Shown piece by piece: positions 39,760 through 51,427 of a stretch of 51,427 nucleotides of DNA. The DNA is from Octopus sinensis (taxonomy: Eukaryota), in NCBI RefSeq assembly GCF_006345805.1, contig NW_021834165.1, forward strand, positions 1 to 51,427, given 5' to 3'. Both the position numbers and the translations under genes were made by a program. The notes beneath the pieces are model-generated. The model did not search any database and was not told where the DNA came from. It worked only from the letters and a program-made list of their open reading frames with translations. Every line of letters starts with the position of its first letter. Position 1 is the first letter of the stretch.

Positions 39760-40108
39760 TTTTATTTGTTTTAGTCATTTGACTGCAGCCATGCTGCAGC
39801 ACCGCCTTTAGTCGAACAAATCGACCCCAGGACTTATTCTTTGTAAGCCTTGTACTTATTCTATTTTTGCCGAACCGCTGAGTTACGGGGATGTAAACAC
39901 ACCAGCATTGGTTGTCAAAACGATGGTGGGGGGAGGGACAAACACAGACACATACATATGTATGTTTGTATATATATGCATACACACATGCATATGTATA
40001 TAATATATATATATATACATATATACACATATACATATGTATATATGCATACAAATACATACATACACATACATAGAAATATACATACGTCCATGTATAT
40101 ATATATAG

Positions 40109-40145
<37 letters not shown>

Positions 40146-40375
40146 ATGTGTGTGTATGTCTTTCTATTGGTGTTTGTCCTATACCACCACTTGACAACCG
40201 GTGTTGGTGTATTTACATTACTGTAACTTAGCGGTCCAGAAAAATACAATGCTAGAACAAGCAGCTAGCTTTAAATAAAACAAAAGTACTGGGGTCGATT
40301 CATTCGAATAAAATTCTCCAAGAAGGTGCCCCAGTATGGCCGCAGTCTCTCATGACTGAAAGAAAAGATAAAAGA
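39760..40375. mobile_element. Two family C SINE 3' halves in opposite orientation around a TA-rich microsatellite
   Basis: 39760-39955 is on the minus strand and 40150-40375 on the plus strand. Confidence 0.75.
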
Positions 40376-40388
40376 TAAAAGAGATATA

Positions 40389-40454
<66 letters not shown>

Positions 40455-40949
40455 ATATGTATATAATTATTTGGACCTTTGGTATAGTAGTAATGCTGAT
40501 CAAAGCACTTACACCGGTTAGGCTACCTGATGTCATCCACAGTTATGATGTGTCAGTGGCTCTACGTCAAAAATTCCGTAGTGTAATAGTTGAGTTTATA
40601 ATGAATGAGGGAAACGGAAAACAGAGTTTGCAAGATTCTTTGTTCAACACAACGATCGTTTGAACCCATCCTGCATCTGCCCCTTGTGGGTGGGATATTC
40701 TAGAGCTAGTTGTGTTGCATCCACCAGTGAACACGCACATACACATGTATATATACACATGTATATATACGGTAAATATTTAAATGATACAAATGTGGAA
40801 GCTTTCCAATGGAACGTGAATGGTTTTACTGAATACTTCTGTTGGATGTGTCATTAGAGGTTAATCCACTAGAGCAAAGAATTCCTGAGGAATATATGTA
40901 AGATGTGAAGAGTGCATTATACCAGATAATATTCCTTGATTTAACCTTT

Positions 40950-41760
40950 CCGTTATTTACATAAACTTTTTTCTTAATATTAACATTATCAAATATGTCA
41001 CACTTTCAAGTATGTGCGAGAAATTATTAATCCCCATAGAGAAAAATTTTCCTGTTCATCCACCATTTTTCTGGCTGGAGTTATAGCAGTACATAACGAA
41101 AGTAAAATTAGTATCTGACTTCAAGATTGGTAAACGCGAGTAGAACCGATAGGTCAATTGTAAGATAAACTCTAATGCTAATTTTTCTGAACTAGTTTTT
41201 GATAATTTAGGTGAAGGTAATTTAAGTCAACATTTAGTAATGATATTGATTATAATACTGCTAATAATCCTGCTTTAACACCTAATTCTGAGGGTAGATT
41301 TAATACTAATCCCTTTAACCATGAGAGCTACATAAAGTGAATAAATGCCTTTGAAATTTCAAAAAACAAACTTATGTGTCCTTTAGAAAATCAATGCTTA
41401 AGAAGAATATCCTATATCAATGTATGACAATTGCAGGGGTTCGTACGTATTATTACATAGGCCCATCTGCTATAATTTAGAAATCTAGATTACATAATCA
41501 TTCTTCTTCATTTAAGTTTAGAAGAAACTCTAATTCTACGAATCTTAATGCATTTGGGATTTGAAAGAGAGGAACATTAAGTACGATATAAAGTGGCCCA
41601 TAATTAATTACTCTCCATTGTGCAAACTGGTAACTTTAAATGTGATTTTTGCGCTGAGGGAATGTATAATAAAATTACTTCAAAATTAAAATTATTAAAT
41701 TGTAGAGCCAGTTTTAAATTGAAAATTTCGCGTAAATATAGAAAAATATTTCAATAGTAA
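40950..41760 (+). mobile_element. Decayed Penelope-like element fragment (GIY-YIG)
   Basis: Reads CPLENQCL..YQCMTIAGVRTYYYIG..KSRLHNHSSSFK..IWDLKERNIKYDIKW..CDFC with frameshifts. Confidence 0.75.
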
Positions 41761-42094
41761 GTAATATAGTAAATAACAGAGGAAAAATCGGGTGGTAGAG
41801 GCCAAGAATACTTTTTTAAAAAATGCTCTGGAATGTGCTTCATTCTCTGACCACTAAACCACAGCAAATTAGTACCTCTGACATCGTGGGATGCTTTCCG
41901 CCTATTCTCTCCTACTTCCTATCATCGCTACATAGAAATGTGAGTAGTACCACATGTTTTACCTAAATTTTCTTGTATTGACTGAACTGACATTGCAATA
42001 TTTGTATGTTGTCAGAATGTGTTATCATTTTGCTATAGCATCACTTCAAAGCCCATGTGCCTAATTTGGCACTATAAGCATAAGTGGAAACTGC

Positions 42095-42192
42095 ATAAGG
42101 AGAAAATGCAGAACATGCGAGGAAAACCTCACCGTTGGGGCGTCAAGCTCTGGGCTAGATCAGATGTATCAGGCATCCTGTATAACTTTGAT
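42095..42192 (+). mobile_element. piggyBac-like transposase fragment
   Basis: MRGKPHRWGVKLWARSDVSGILYNFD matches the piggyBac KPxKWGxKxW..SG motif. Confidence 0.7.
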
Positions 42193-42199
42193 TCTTCCA

Positions 42200-42817
42200 C
42201 TGCACTTGGGACGAATTCTGAAGGTTTTTACTCCACTCTAAACGCTCTGCAACGTTTGTTTTGAAAGTAGTGGTTTTCTGATTGCAGCTCTCCCGGGAAA
42301 TCCGGCTTTGTGCAGCTCCCGGCGAATAGTTTTTGTGGAAGCTGTGTTCTCGAGGTAGTCATTAAGCTCTGCAGTAATTTTGGGAGCAGTACATTTGTTA
42401 TCCTTTCTAAAGATTCGCGTAAGAGTCCAACGGTCCCTATCTGAAAGTTTTGGTTTTCTTCCGGAGTTTTGTTTCGATGAGGAGGTTCTTCCCTCTTTCT
42501 CAAAGGCTGTCATTACTTTCGAGACAGTACTTCTTGATACACCAAACATTTCGGCTGTTTTCGTTATGCTAGCGCCTGCAATACGAGCACTAACAATTTG
42601 ACCTCTTTGAAAGTCCGATAGATCTGTCATTTTAATGAATTTGAATTACCTTTTTCTGATGATATCTGAAAAGAAACAGCAACTTTAGCAAAACATTAAG
42701 CAACACTAATAATAAATAAAAAAACATAAAAATAAACAAGCTTTTGACGGTTTTATAGATATTTCAAAATTATGATGCCATGATGCTAGGTATTTCCATT
42801 ATCTTGTCCAGCCCATG
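42200..42817 (-). mobile_element. Truncated Tc1 element (5' TIR plus N-terminal DNA-binding domain, ORF 42238-42630)
   Basis: TA|CATGGGCTGGACAAGATAATGGAAATAC terminus. Reads MTDLSDFQRGQIV..GVSRSTVSKV..SGRKPKLS..RKPLLS, with no DDE domain. Confidence 0.88.
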
Positions 42818-42864
42818 TATATATATATATATATTATATTATATATATATATATATATATAGTT

Positions 42865-44480
42865 AATTTTTTCAGTAGAATGGGCTTATAAAAATAGTTT
42901 TTGATGACGATATGACGAAGGCCAACTTTTTAGATATTACGCTTAATTTACACAGTGACTCTTACTTCCCATATCGTAAACCGTTGACCAATCTTAAGTA
43001 CATTAGCAAATTTAGTACTCATCCTGGAGCAATTACTAAGAACTTAGTTAAGAATATTTCATTTAGATTATCTAAATTATCTGCTAATGTTGATATTTTC
43101 AATAATAACGCTGAATTCTACATTGATTCTGCTCAGTCTAATTGTAAATTCAATAATGTAGATAAGATTTCTAGTCGTAAAAGAATTATTGATAACAAAC
43201 ATAACTTACGCACCGATACAAAGCGAATGAAGGCAGATAACCCTTATTTAATCCCATATTATCGATCTAAAAGTAAATATAACACATTCAAAAGTAATTA
43301 CGCTATGAATACTAGTAAAAATATTTGGATAATAATTCCTTACGGGAGACAAATTAAATCTAATCTCCCACTGCTGTTTCGTCAAGCTATTGCTAGGAAT
43401 TTTCCAAACACTTCTAGATATTACTCTATTATCAATTCACATAAGGTTAGGATATGTTTTTCAAACACAAAAAATCTCTTGCAAATTATCTCTTCACATA
43501 ATAACAAACTGTTAAATATTAATACATTTACTAATACTAACTTTAATTTAGCTAATACCATCCAACCCTCTAGAAATATTAATAACAAGGTTATTGTATC
43601 TGAAGTCAATTCCAATAGAATTAAGTTTATGTCAAGTAACTCTAAGATTAAAAATTCTATATACCAGTGTATAATCAGTACTCGTAATAAAGTACGATTT
43701 TACATTGGAAGCACATCGTTAGAGTTATCTAAAAGAATTTCTATCCATTACTCAACATTTAGGAGTAGAAATAAACGTAATAGTACCGGTCTCAGCAAAC
43801 TGATTTGGGATTTAAAAGACCACAATGAACAATTTCATTTAGAATGGTTGATTCTTTCAATTTAGTTCCATATGACAAAGGCAAGGAATTCTGTCTTTTC
43901 TGCAATTCTGAGCTATTTTCCATTATTTTTTCTAAAAATACTCTAGTAAAAAAAAACACGGTTATAGAGCGAGCATACAGATGTAAGCATTGGCAAAAAC
44001 ATACATTAGTGCATATAAGTAGTCTCTATCATTATATATAATTTAAACTTTAATTTCCTTTATATTTAACATTCACTATTGGTATCCCTACTCTTTTTGT
44101 TAGCTACTTATGACATATCATATTACGATTTTTAAACAATATTAATAGCGTTCTGTCTATCGCTATACAAATCCATCATTTTTTGCTAAAATGTCTTATT
44201 GACGAGTTTCGCTTTTTCACTTTCCTGAGGAGAAGATTGCATTGTTTATACCATTTTTTCTTTTGAATAGTATCAGTGAAATTTTCGAAACATGTGTCGA
44301 AAGTAAAAATATTTGATTACACCTGCGTTAAACTCCATTTATTTATTCATATATTATTCAAAATATTCCATGTAAGCACGAAGTTTCTACCTTTATAAAC
44401 AAGGAGTTACAACATCTTTACTTGTGGGATTTTTGCTACCCTGGTAACTATTTATTTATTTTTTCCGTGTTAATTGTTAA
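42865..44480 (+). mobile_element. 5'-truncated Penelope-like retroelement (RT thumb, GIY-YIG endonuclease, 3' UTR/pLTR)
   Basis: ORF 42912-43865 reads ANFLDITLNL..YFPYRKP..STHP, then SIYQC..FYIGST..KRISIH..STGLSKLIWDLK. CLFCNSE follows after a frameshift. Confidence 0.88.
44219..44304 (+). ncRNA. Type I hammerhead ribozyme in the Penelope 3' region
   Basis: Stem I ACTTTC/GAAAGT, core CTGAGGA (44225), long stem II GAAGATTGCATTG/CAGTGAAATTTTC, GAAAC (44287), palindromic ACATGT stem III region, GTC cleavage triplet 44296-44298. Confidence 0.8.
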
Positions 44481-44501
44481 CAAAGTAAAAAATACAATAT
44501 A

Positions 44502-44557
<56 letters not shown>

Positions 44558-44566
44558 TACAAAACT

Positions 44567-44868
44567 ACCGGCATTCCGTCAATTACAACGACGAAGGTTC
44601 CTGTTGATTCGATCAACGAACTAGATTGCTTGTGCAATTAATGTGCAAGTGGCTGATTACTCCACAGATACGTGTACCCTTCTCAGAGATATTCAGTGTG
44701 ACACAGAATGTGACAAGGCTAGCCCTTTGAATTACAGGTACTACTCATTTTTGCCAACTAGGTGGACTGGAACAATGTGAAATAAAGTGTCTTGCTCAAG
44801 GACACATCGCGCCATCGGGAATTGAACTCCTGACCCTGCGATTGTGAGCCGAATACTCTAACCACTGG
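44567..44868 (-). mobile_element. tRNA-derived SINE, same type as 12576-12882
   Basis: Reverse-complement similarity along its length. Confidence 0.8.
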
Positions 44869-44958
44869 CTTCCCCACAATTTCCTTCTACTAAATTCTTT
44901 CACAAGACATTGCTTAGCCCGGGTCATGATAGAAAACATTTCTCCAAGTTGCAATACC

Positions 44959-45428
44959 TATTTCTTTACTACCACAAGGGGCTAAACACAGAGGGGACAA
45001 ACAAGGATAGACAGACGGATTTAGTTGATTATATCAACCCCAGTGCGTAACTAGTACTTAATTTATCGACTCCGAAAGGATGAAAGGCAAAATCGACTTC
45101 GGCGGAATTTGAACTCAGACGAAATACCGCTTAGCATTTCGCCCAGCGTGCTAACGTTTCTGCCAGCTCACCGCCATTTCCAAGTTGCAATACCTATTTC
45201 TTTACTACCCACAACGGGCTAAACATAGAGGGGACAAACAAGGACAGACAAACGGATTAAGTCGATTATATCATCCCCAATGCGTTACTGGTACTTAATT
45301 TATCGCCCCCGAAAGGATGAAAGGCAAAGTCGACCTCGGCGGAATTTGAACTCAGAACGTAACGGCAGACGAAATACCGCTAAGCATTTCGTCCGGCGTG
45401 CTAACGTTTCTGCCAGCTCGCCGCCTTT
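44959..45428 (-). mobile_element. Two tandem family A SINEs inside an old family C copy
   Basis: TCCAAGTTGCAATACC occurs three times: 44943-44958, 45179-45194 and 45429-45444. Confidence 0.9.
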
Positions 45429-46039
45429 TCCAAGTTGCAATACCGTGGGTCTAAACATCTAAACATGAAATCTCATGGTTACGAAGCGAACTTGTGAATC
45501 ATCCGACCACGTCCGCGCACATTAATGTAACTTTTATGTTTATTCAAATACGCATAGAGAACAAAGCACTCATCGAACATTTGGTTTCAAACTCTGAAAG
45601 TCTTTGTTAACGTTATCAAAATATCTATTCTGCAATTTGTAATTTCTTTCTATTAGCTTTCAAATCTGAATATGAATGTACTGTAAATAAAGCATTCTTG
45701 TAAAGCACATCAAGTAATACAGTAACCTTTTAAGACCACAATTGATATATTAACATAACTAATTAAACTAGGAAAGTTCTTTAATTTAGTTCTATTCTTA
45801 TCGACTACATAATACAAGATTGTATTATTCTATTGAAATTCATATTTCATTTAGCTCCACGTTTAATCATGGCGTAATCCTAGATCTGATTGATTCTGAA
45901 TGGCACCCACCTAAATTCGATACAATAACTTAATGTCGTTATTCTTACCTTTATTTATATTCTAATTAATAAGGCGAAAACTTAATTCTTCTTGTATAGA
46001 CACTTCTAATTACGACTTAATAATAAACTATTGTAATCT

Positions 46040-46423
46040 GGATGGATGGAAGCACTCCGTCGGTTCCGACGATGAGGGTTCCGGTTGATCCGATCAACGG
46101 AACAGTCTGCTCGGGAAATTAACGTGTAAGTGGCTGAGCACTCCACAGACACGTGTACCCTTAACGTAATTCTCGGGGATATTCAGCGTGACACAGAGAG
46201 TGACAAGGCCGGCTCCTTGAAATACAGGTACAACAGAAACAGGAAGTAAGAGAAAGTTGTGGTGAAAGAGTACAGCAGGGATCACCACCATCTCCTGCCG
46301 GAGCCTCGTGGGGCTTTTAGGTGTTTTCGCTCAATAAACACTCACAACGCCCGGTCTGGGAATCGAAACCGCGATCCTACGACCGCGAGTCCGCTGCCCT
46401 AACCACTGGGCCATTGCGCCTCC
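46040..46423 (-). mobile_element. Young SINE family B
   Basis: 13 bp TSD ACTATTGTAATCT at 46027-46039 and 46424-46436. Confidence 0.92.
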
Positions 46424-47096
46424 ACTATTGTAATCTAGACATTAAAACAAAATTCTAGTAAGCTCAATCACATCCTCACTATGTATAAAAATCTAGATAC
46501 TTTGAAATTTATTATAATTATAAAATTCAGCAGTAATATTTATACAACAATGAAGAAAGCTGCCAATTAATTAGTTGGGAGTATGTAACTTTTATAAAAA
46601 GAAAGCAATTATTAAAGTCTACTCTAACTAGAAAATTCTCAAAAGTTCAAATTTTAATATTTTAAAATCAAACTGAGGTTTTCAAAATTCTTTTATTATT
46701 GAGACTTCAGTTACAGAAAACTAAATCTAATTCACTGCGGGATAGCGTTTTTTAACACATCAAGGTAGTTAGGGTCCCCTTTGTATCTTTTCTCCCTCTC
46801 AATCTCATACACTTCATTGTGCTACTTCACACACGATATAAATAAAAACATTTTTCCAAATTATATGGTTAATCCAGCGTCCCGCGCGTTACGTTATTTC
46901 CAGTATCATTTCATATTTATTGAGTTGGACTCCACGACAGTATCAACTAATATCTCAGACCAAAGCCAGAACATTTTCAAATGTATAGCTTATTAATATA
47001 GAGAGACTATTTTGAATTTTCTTAAATTTTCGGCTGTTTTCGTAAATCTCCGACAGATTCGAAAATTGTGGAAACGTCAGCATATATAAAAGCCTG

Positions 47097-47161
<65 letters not shown>

Positions 47162-47623
47162 AGCCTAACTGAAACTAATAACGGAGGAAAATTTCTCTTC
47201 GAACAATGTCATATTTATACACACTGAAGAAATCATGCTAATAATGCATAAACTGCAGCATATAAATATTCAACAACGTGCAATTAATGCGATCGAAACA
47301 CGTGTCGGACAATTATTATGAATAAACCAACTGTAAATAAACATAACGCTTGAATGTTCAAATTTTTCATTCTCCTTGTTATCAATATAGTACTTTACAC
47401 TCTAAGCAGCCAGGAAAAAAACTGTAACATCGGATGGGAGTTAAAGGAAATTTACCAGAAAACGCACCATCTGCAGGAACCAGCCTTGGCATTATCCATA
47501 GAGAAATTTGGTATCTGCCTGGATATGATATGCCTCCTCTTACTACACACACACACACATGCACACACATGCACACACACACACACAATGCACACACACA
47601 CACACACACACATGCACACACAT

Positions 47624-47674
<51 letters not shown>

Positions 47675-47779
47675 TAGGTTCATCAGCAGGGTGCGATGTG
47701 TAAATTGTCGCCATTTTATATTATTAATTTTGTGCATGTGCATTGTTTGTTTTTGATTTTGTCGACTACACAGTATAGT

Positions 47780-48108
47780 AGGGTCAGTTGGGCACCGTCT
47801 CTCAGAAATTTGGAAACGATATGCTGTACTGTTTGTTATATTCGCCAGAAGCTCTAATACGAACATTTCCCAATGTTTGGGTAGCGTTCACCAACTTAAA
47901 CAAGGAAACCGTCTAGAAGAGTTGTAGGAGATTCCGAAGTCGTATGAAGATCGTCGTTAAAGCCAAATGGCAGTTATATTGAATAAATTTACTCTTTAGA
48001 ATTTCAAGATATCTTTTATGTAATTTTGGTAAATATATCTGTTAAAATGAGATATTAGTGTTATTTTCTTTTTTGCGTATTTAGACGACAGTTTATTCCT
48101 CGCACCTA
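47780..48108 (+). mobile_element. Tc1/mariner-superfamily 3' remnant
   Basis: Ends like a transposase C-terminus (..CRRFRSRMKIVVKA..SYIE*), followed by a TIR-like end at (TA)n. Confidence 0.5.
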
Positions 48109-48385
48109 TATATATATATATAGCTATATATCTATATATATATATATATATAATATATATATTATATATATATATATATTAATAAATATAAGGGTAGCAA
48201 AAAAATTCTCCGCTACCAGCGGTCCAGCGAGGAAGAAAAGATAGTCAAAGACTATATAATATACATTCAAAAATATAGGAATGGCCATAATAGGACTTCG
48301 ACTCACTAGAAAGAGCAGCCAAACTCAAACCGCTAATAGTTGTAATTCTGAATTGAAAGAGAAATAAAAACGTTTACCCCTTTTA

Positions 48386-48478
48386 TCTCTGGACTATGCA
48401 TATTTCGGCAACTTTGGTAAACAAATTAATTAAATTAAATTAAATATTTTTACAACTGGCGAGCCTCGTCAGCAGAGA
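48386..48478 (-). ncRNA. Type I hammerhead ribozyme motif (left arm copy)
   Basis: Minus strand: TCTCTG-CTGACGA-GGC..GCC-GAAA-TATGCATA-GTC-CAGAGA. Stem I is perfect; the C after GAAA is missing. Confidence 0.7.
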
Positions 48479-48995
48479 AGCCAAGGACGAGTATATATCC
48501 ACGAGGCGATGATAAGGAAGCCTCCAGTCTATATGCTATAAATTTTCAAAATCTACCGCAATCGCGCGGTCTTCTCAGCAGCAAATATAAACTGCTGATT
48601 TAATTTCAAGATTAGTCAAAAAATCATTAATTAATAAATATAAGGGTAGCAAAAAATTCTAGAAAAAATTCTCCGCAACCAGCGGTCTAGCGAGAAAGAA
48701 AAGCGAGTTTGGCTGCTCTTTCTAGTGAGTCGAATGTCCTATTATGGCCATTCCTTATATTTTTTAATGTATATTATATAGTCTTTCCTTACTCGATGGA
48801 CCGCTGGTAGCGGAGAATTTTTTGCTACCCTTATATTTATTAATTAATGATTTTTTGACTAATTTTGAAATTAAATCAGCAGTTCATATTTGCTGCTGAG
48901 AAGACCGCGCGATTGCGGTAGATTTTGAAAATTTATAGCATATAGACTGGAGGCTTCCTTACCATCGCCTCGTGGGTATATACTCGTCCTTGGCT

Positions 48996-49090
48996 TCTCT
49001 GCTGACGAGGCACGCCAGTTGTAAATAAATTTAATTAATTTTAATTAATTGTTTACCAAAAGTTTGCCGAAACTATGCATAGTCCATAGA
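48996..49090 (+). ncRNA. Type I hammerhead ribozyme motif (right arm copy)
   Basis: TCTCTG-CTGACGA(49002)-GGCA..TGCC-GAAAC(49069)-TATGCATA-GTC(49082-49084)-CATAGA. One mismatch in stem I. Confidence 0.82.
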
Positions 49091-49749
49091 TGAAAGGGGT
49101 AAACGTTTTTATTTCTCTTTCAATTTCAGAATTAAACTATTAGCGGTTTGAGTTTGGCTGCTCTTTCTATGAGCCGAATGTCCTATTATGGCCATTTTTT
49201 ATTTTTGAATATATATATTTATATATATTATATATAATTAATATATATATATATTATAATCCAAGAAGACGGAATGACAGCCTTTAATTATAAAACACAA
49301 CTGTTTTCTGTGCCGTGGTAACAGCTATTAATTGGTGAGTGCTCCATATAAACTATTATATTGCTCTTTCCTTCTTCATATACACTTTCTCCTGCATTCA
49401 TGCATGAAGATCACTTGGTCAGGCGTCTCTTATCATTTGAACATTGTTTTTTTTTTAACTTAAAGAATCTAAAATTCTACTGTCTCTCATTTATGTTCCT
49501 GTTTTCAACTATTTCCCTGAAGACTCTCTGTGCCCAAAATGCTGCATTTTCCTCTCCGTAAGGCAAGTTCATTGTACTCTTTTTAAATCAATTTCACTAG
49601 CATGTATATGAGGGAATGTCTTCCACTAATAGAAAATAAGTCAACGCTGAATACGAAGTAGTGTTTATATAAGTGGATTTATTCATAATCTTAAAGCATG
49701 ACTATGATTAAATCAACAAAGCAAGTAGTCGCTATATATTCGTTTATCA

Positions 49750-50135
49750 TTTTGTTTCATTTGACTGTGGCCATGCTGGAGTACCACCTTTAGTCGAACA
49801 AATCGACCCCAGAACTTATTCTTTGTATGCCTAGTACTTATTGTATCGGTCCCTTTTGCCGAAAGGTTAAGTTACGGGGACGTAAACACACCGGCATCGG
49901 TTGTCAAGCGATGGTGGTGGTGAGGGGATAAACAAACACATACAAGCATATACAGACAGACACACATATACACACATACACACATATATATGTGACGGGC
50001 TTCTTCCAGTTTCCATCTACCAAATCCACTCACAAGGCTTTGGTCGGCCCGAAGCTATAGCAAAAGACAATTGCCCAAGGTGCCTCGCAGTGGGAACCGA
50101 ACCCGGAACTATGTGGTTGGTAAGCAAGCTACTTC
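49750..50135 (-). mobile_element. SINE family C
   Basis: Reverse complement of family C. Confidence 0.85.
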
Positions 50136-50540
50136 AGAGAAGAATATATATGTGTGAGTATGTATGCAAATCTACACACACATACACACACATGCTGAGG
50201 CACACACACATGCTGAGACACAAGACACGAATCAATGAATTGATGAGCTGTAATAGAAGTTCGTTGATCCCGGAAAAGCTGCTACGTTTTTCGATCCGAT
50301 CAATGACCTGTTCTTCATATCTGCTTCACATTAATGCTTATAATGCCTTGTTTAATGTTTGTTTTATTGTCTTGGTTTGAATGATATTTTACAGCAATAA
50401 AATAAACTACATCACCGACTAACACTCCCAAAAACACTGAAGAAAAGTCATTCAACTAATATTCATTATTCTGGATCTCTAAAATAAATAGAACGTAATA
50501 AATTTGCGCGAATAATTGTTGTAATATTTTAGACTTGTGT

Positions 50541-50935
50541 GGAGGCGCAATGGCCCAGTGGTTAGGGCAGCGGACTCGCGGTCATAGGATCGCGGTTTCG
50601 ATTCCCAGACCCGGCGTTGTGAGTGTTTATTGAGTGAAAACACCTAAAAGCTCCACGAGGCTCCGGCAGGGGATGGTGATGATCCCCTGCTGTCACTCTT
50701 TCACCCAACTTTCTCTCACTCTTACTTCCTGTTTCTGTTGTACCTGTATTTCAAGGGGCGCCTTGTCACTCTGTCCTCTCTGTGTCACGTTGAATATCCC
50801 CGAGGACTACGTTAAGGGTGCACGTGTCTATGGAGTGGCTCAGCCACTTACACGTTAATTTCACGAGCAGGCTGTTCCGTTGATTCGGATCAACCGGAAC
50901 CCTCATCATCGTAACCGACAGAGTGCTTCCACCAC
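50541..50935 (+). mobile_element. SINE family B
   Basis: 13 bp TSD ATTTTAGACTTGT at 50526-50538 and 50936-50948. Confidence 0.92.
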
Positions 50936-50950
50936 ATTTTAGACTTGTAT

Positions 50951-51152
50951 GGTGGCGAGGTGGCAGAAACGTTAGCACGCCGGGCTATTTCATCTGTCTT
51001 TATGTTCGGAGTTCAAATACCGCCGAAGTCGACTTTGCCTTTCATCCTTTCGGGGCCGATAAATTAAGTACCAGTTGCGTACTGGGGTCGATCTAGTCGA
51101 CTGGCCCCCTCCCACCAAATTTCGGGCCTTGTGCTTAGAGTAGAAAAGAATA
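50951..51152 (+). mobile_element. SINE family A (agtagaaaagaat tail variant)
   Basis: Head ggcgaggtggcagaaacgttagc and family A core. Confidence 0.88.
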
Positions 51153-51427
51153 TTTTACAGTTGTGGGACCCATATTTGGTACACTTGAAACAGCAAAGTA
51201 GTTGCAAAGTATATACGTGTGCCGTTATCTGTGCATGTCTATAATACATTATTATCATGGCTGCCCCCTCGTTATCGAGTATGGCCATTGCACGAAGCTT
51301 AACTGTTGGGTGCTGTGATCGAATGTGACTTTTAGCCCAGCTAAGATCTACAATGTCTTGTACAAATTGGCAACTAAAACCTTTACTGGTAATAGCCGGC
51401 TGTAGTTTAACTGGGCTTCATGTACCT

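Larger units (their letters stand above)
48176..49210. mobile_element. Inverted dimer of a ~450 bp terminally redundant hammerhead-containing element (retrozyme or Penelope pLTR-like)
   Basis: Left arm 48176-48703 has period 452 (aataaatataagggtagc at 48181 and 48633). Right arm 48704-49210 is the reverse complement of the same unit with period 445 (gagtttggctgctctttct at 48705 and 49150). Flanked by (TA)n. Confidence 0.85.

Noticed and set aside
45550-46700. Possible decayed Penelope or LINE RT region on the minus strand
   Set aside because: Too degenerate for me to identify diagnostic motifs by eye; needs a translated search.
48890-48932. Second hammerhead in the 450 bp unit (CTGAGAAG-ACCGC..GCGGT)
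   Set aside because: Does not match CUGANGA and has no GAAA directly after the stem, so it is only a hairpin.

Overview
AT-rich, repeat-dense eukaryotic genomic DNA. The SINE families and the heavy (TA)n/(CA)n/(ATT)n/(TATC)n load suggest an octopus or related coleoid cephalopod (inference). The only host gene I can support is the 3' part of a + strand PDZ-domain gene: three phase-compatible exons at 3305-3456, 14136-14308 and 15960-16060. The rest is mostly transposon-derived: a complete IR/DR Tc1 (DD34E) element with an open transposase ORF (18148-19776), Tc2/pogo-type MITEs, mariner, Tc1 and piggyBac fragments, a decayed Gypsy element, RTE and R4/Dong LINE ends, several Penelope-like (GIY-YIG) fragments and many tRNA-derived SINEs of three families (called A, B and C here). 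Most notable: (i) a ~1 kb fold-back of two inverted, terminally redundant ~450 bp units, each carrying a type I hammerhead ribozyme motif (retrozyme-like, 48176-49210), plus a canonical hammerhead behind a Penelope ORF (44219-44304); (ii) a full-length 5S rRNA sequence fused to a SINE/LINE-type tail (SINE3-like, 4194-4382); (iii) SINE family A target duplications that repeatedly start with GGTATT; (iv) an intronic island with RFX X-box and CRE motifs and a short ORF (5470-6220). Most ORFs in the supplied track are microsatellite or SINE artefacts. Repeat boundaries were read by eye and are approximate unless a TSD or TIR is quoted.
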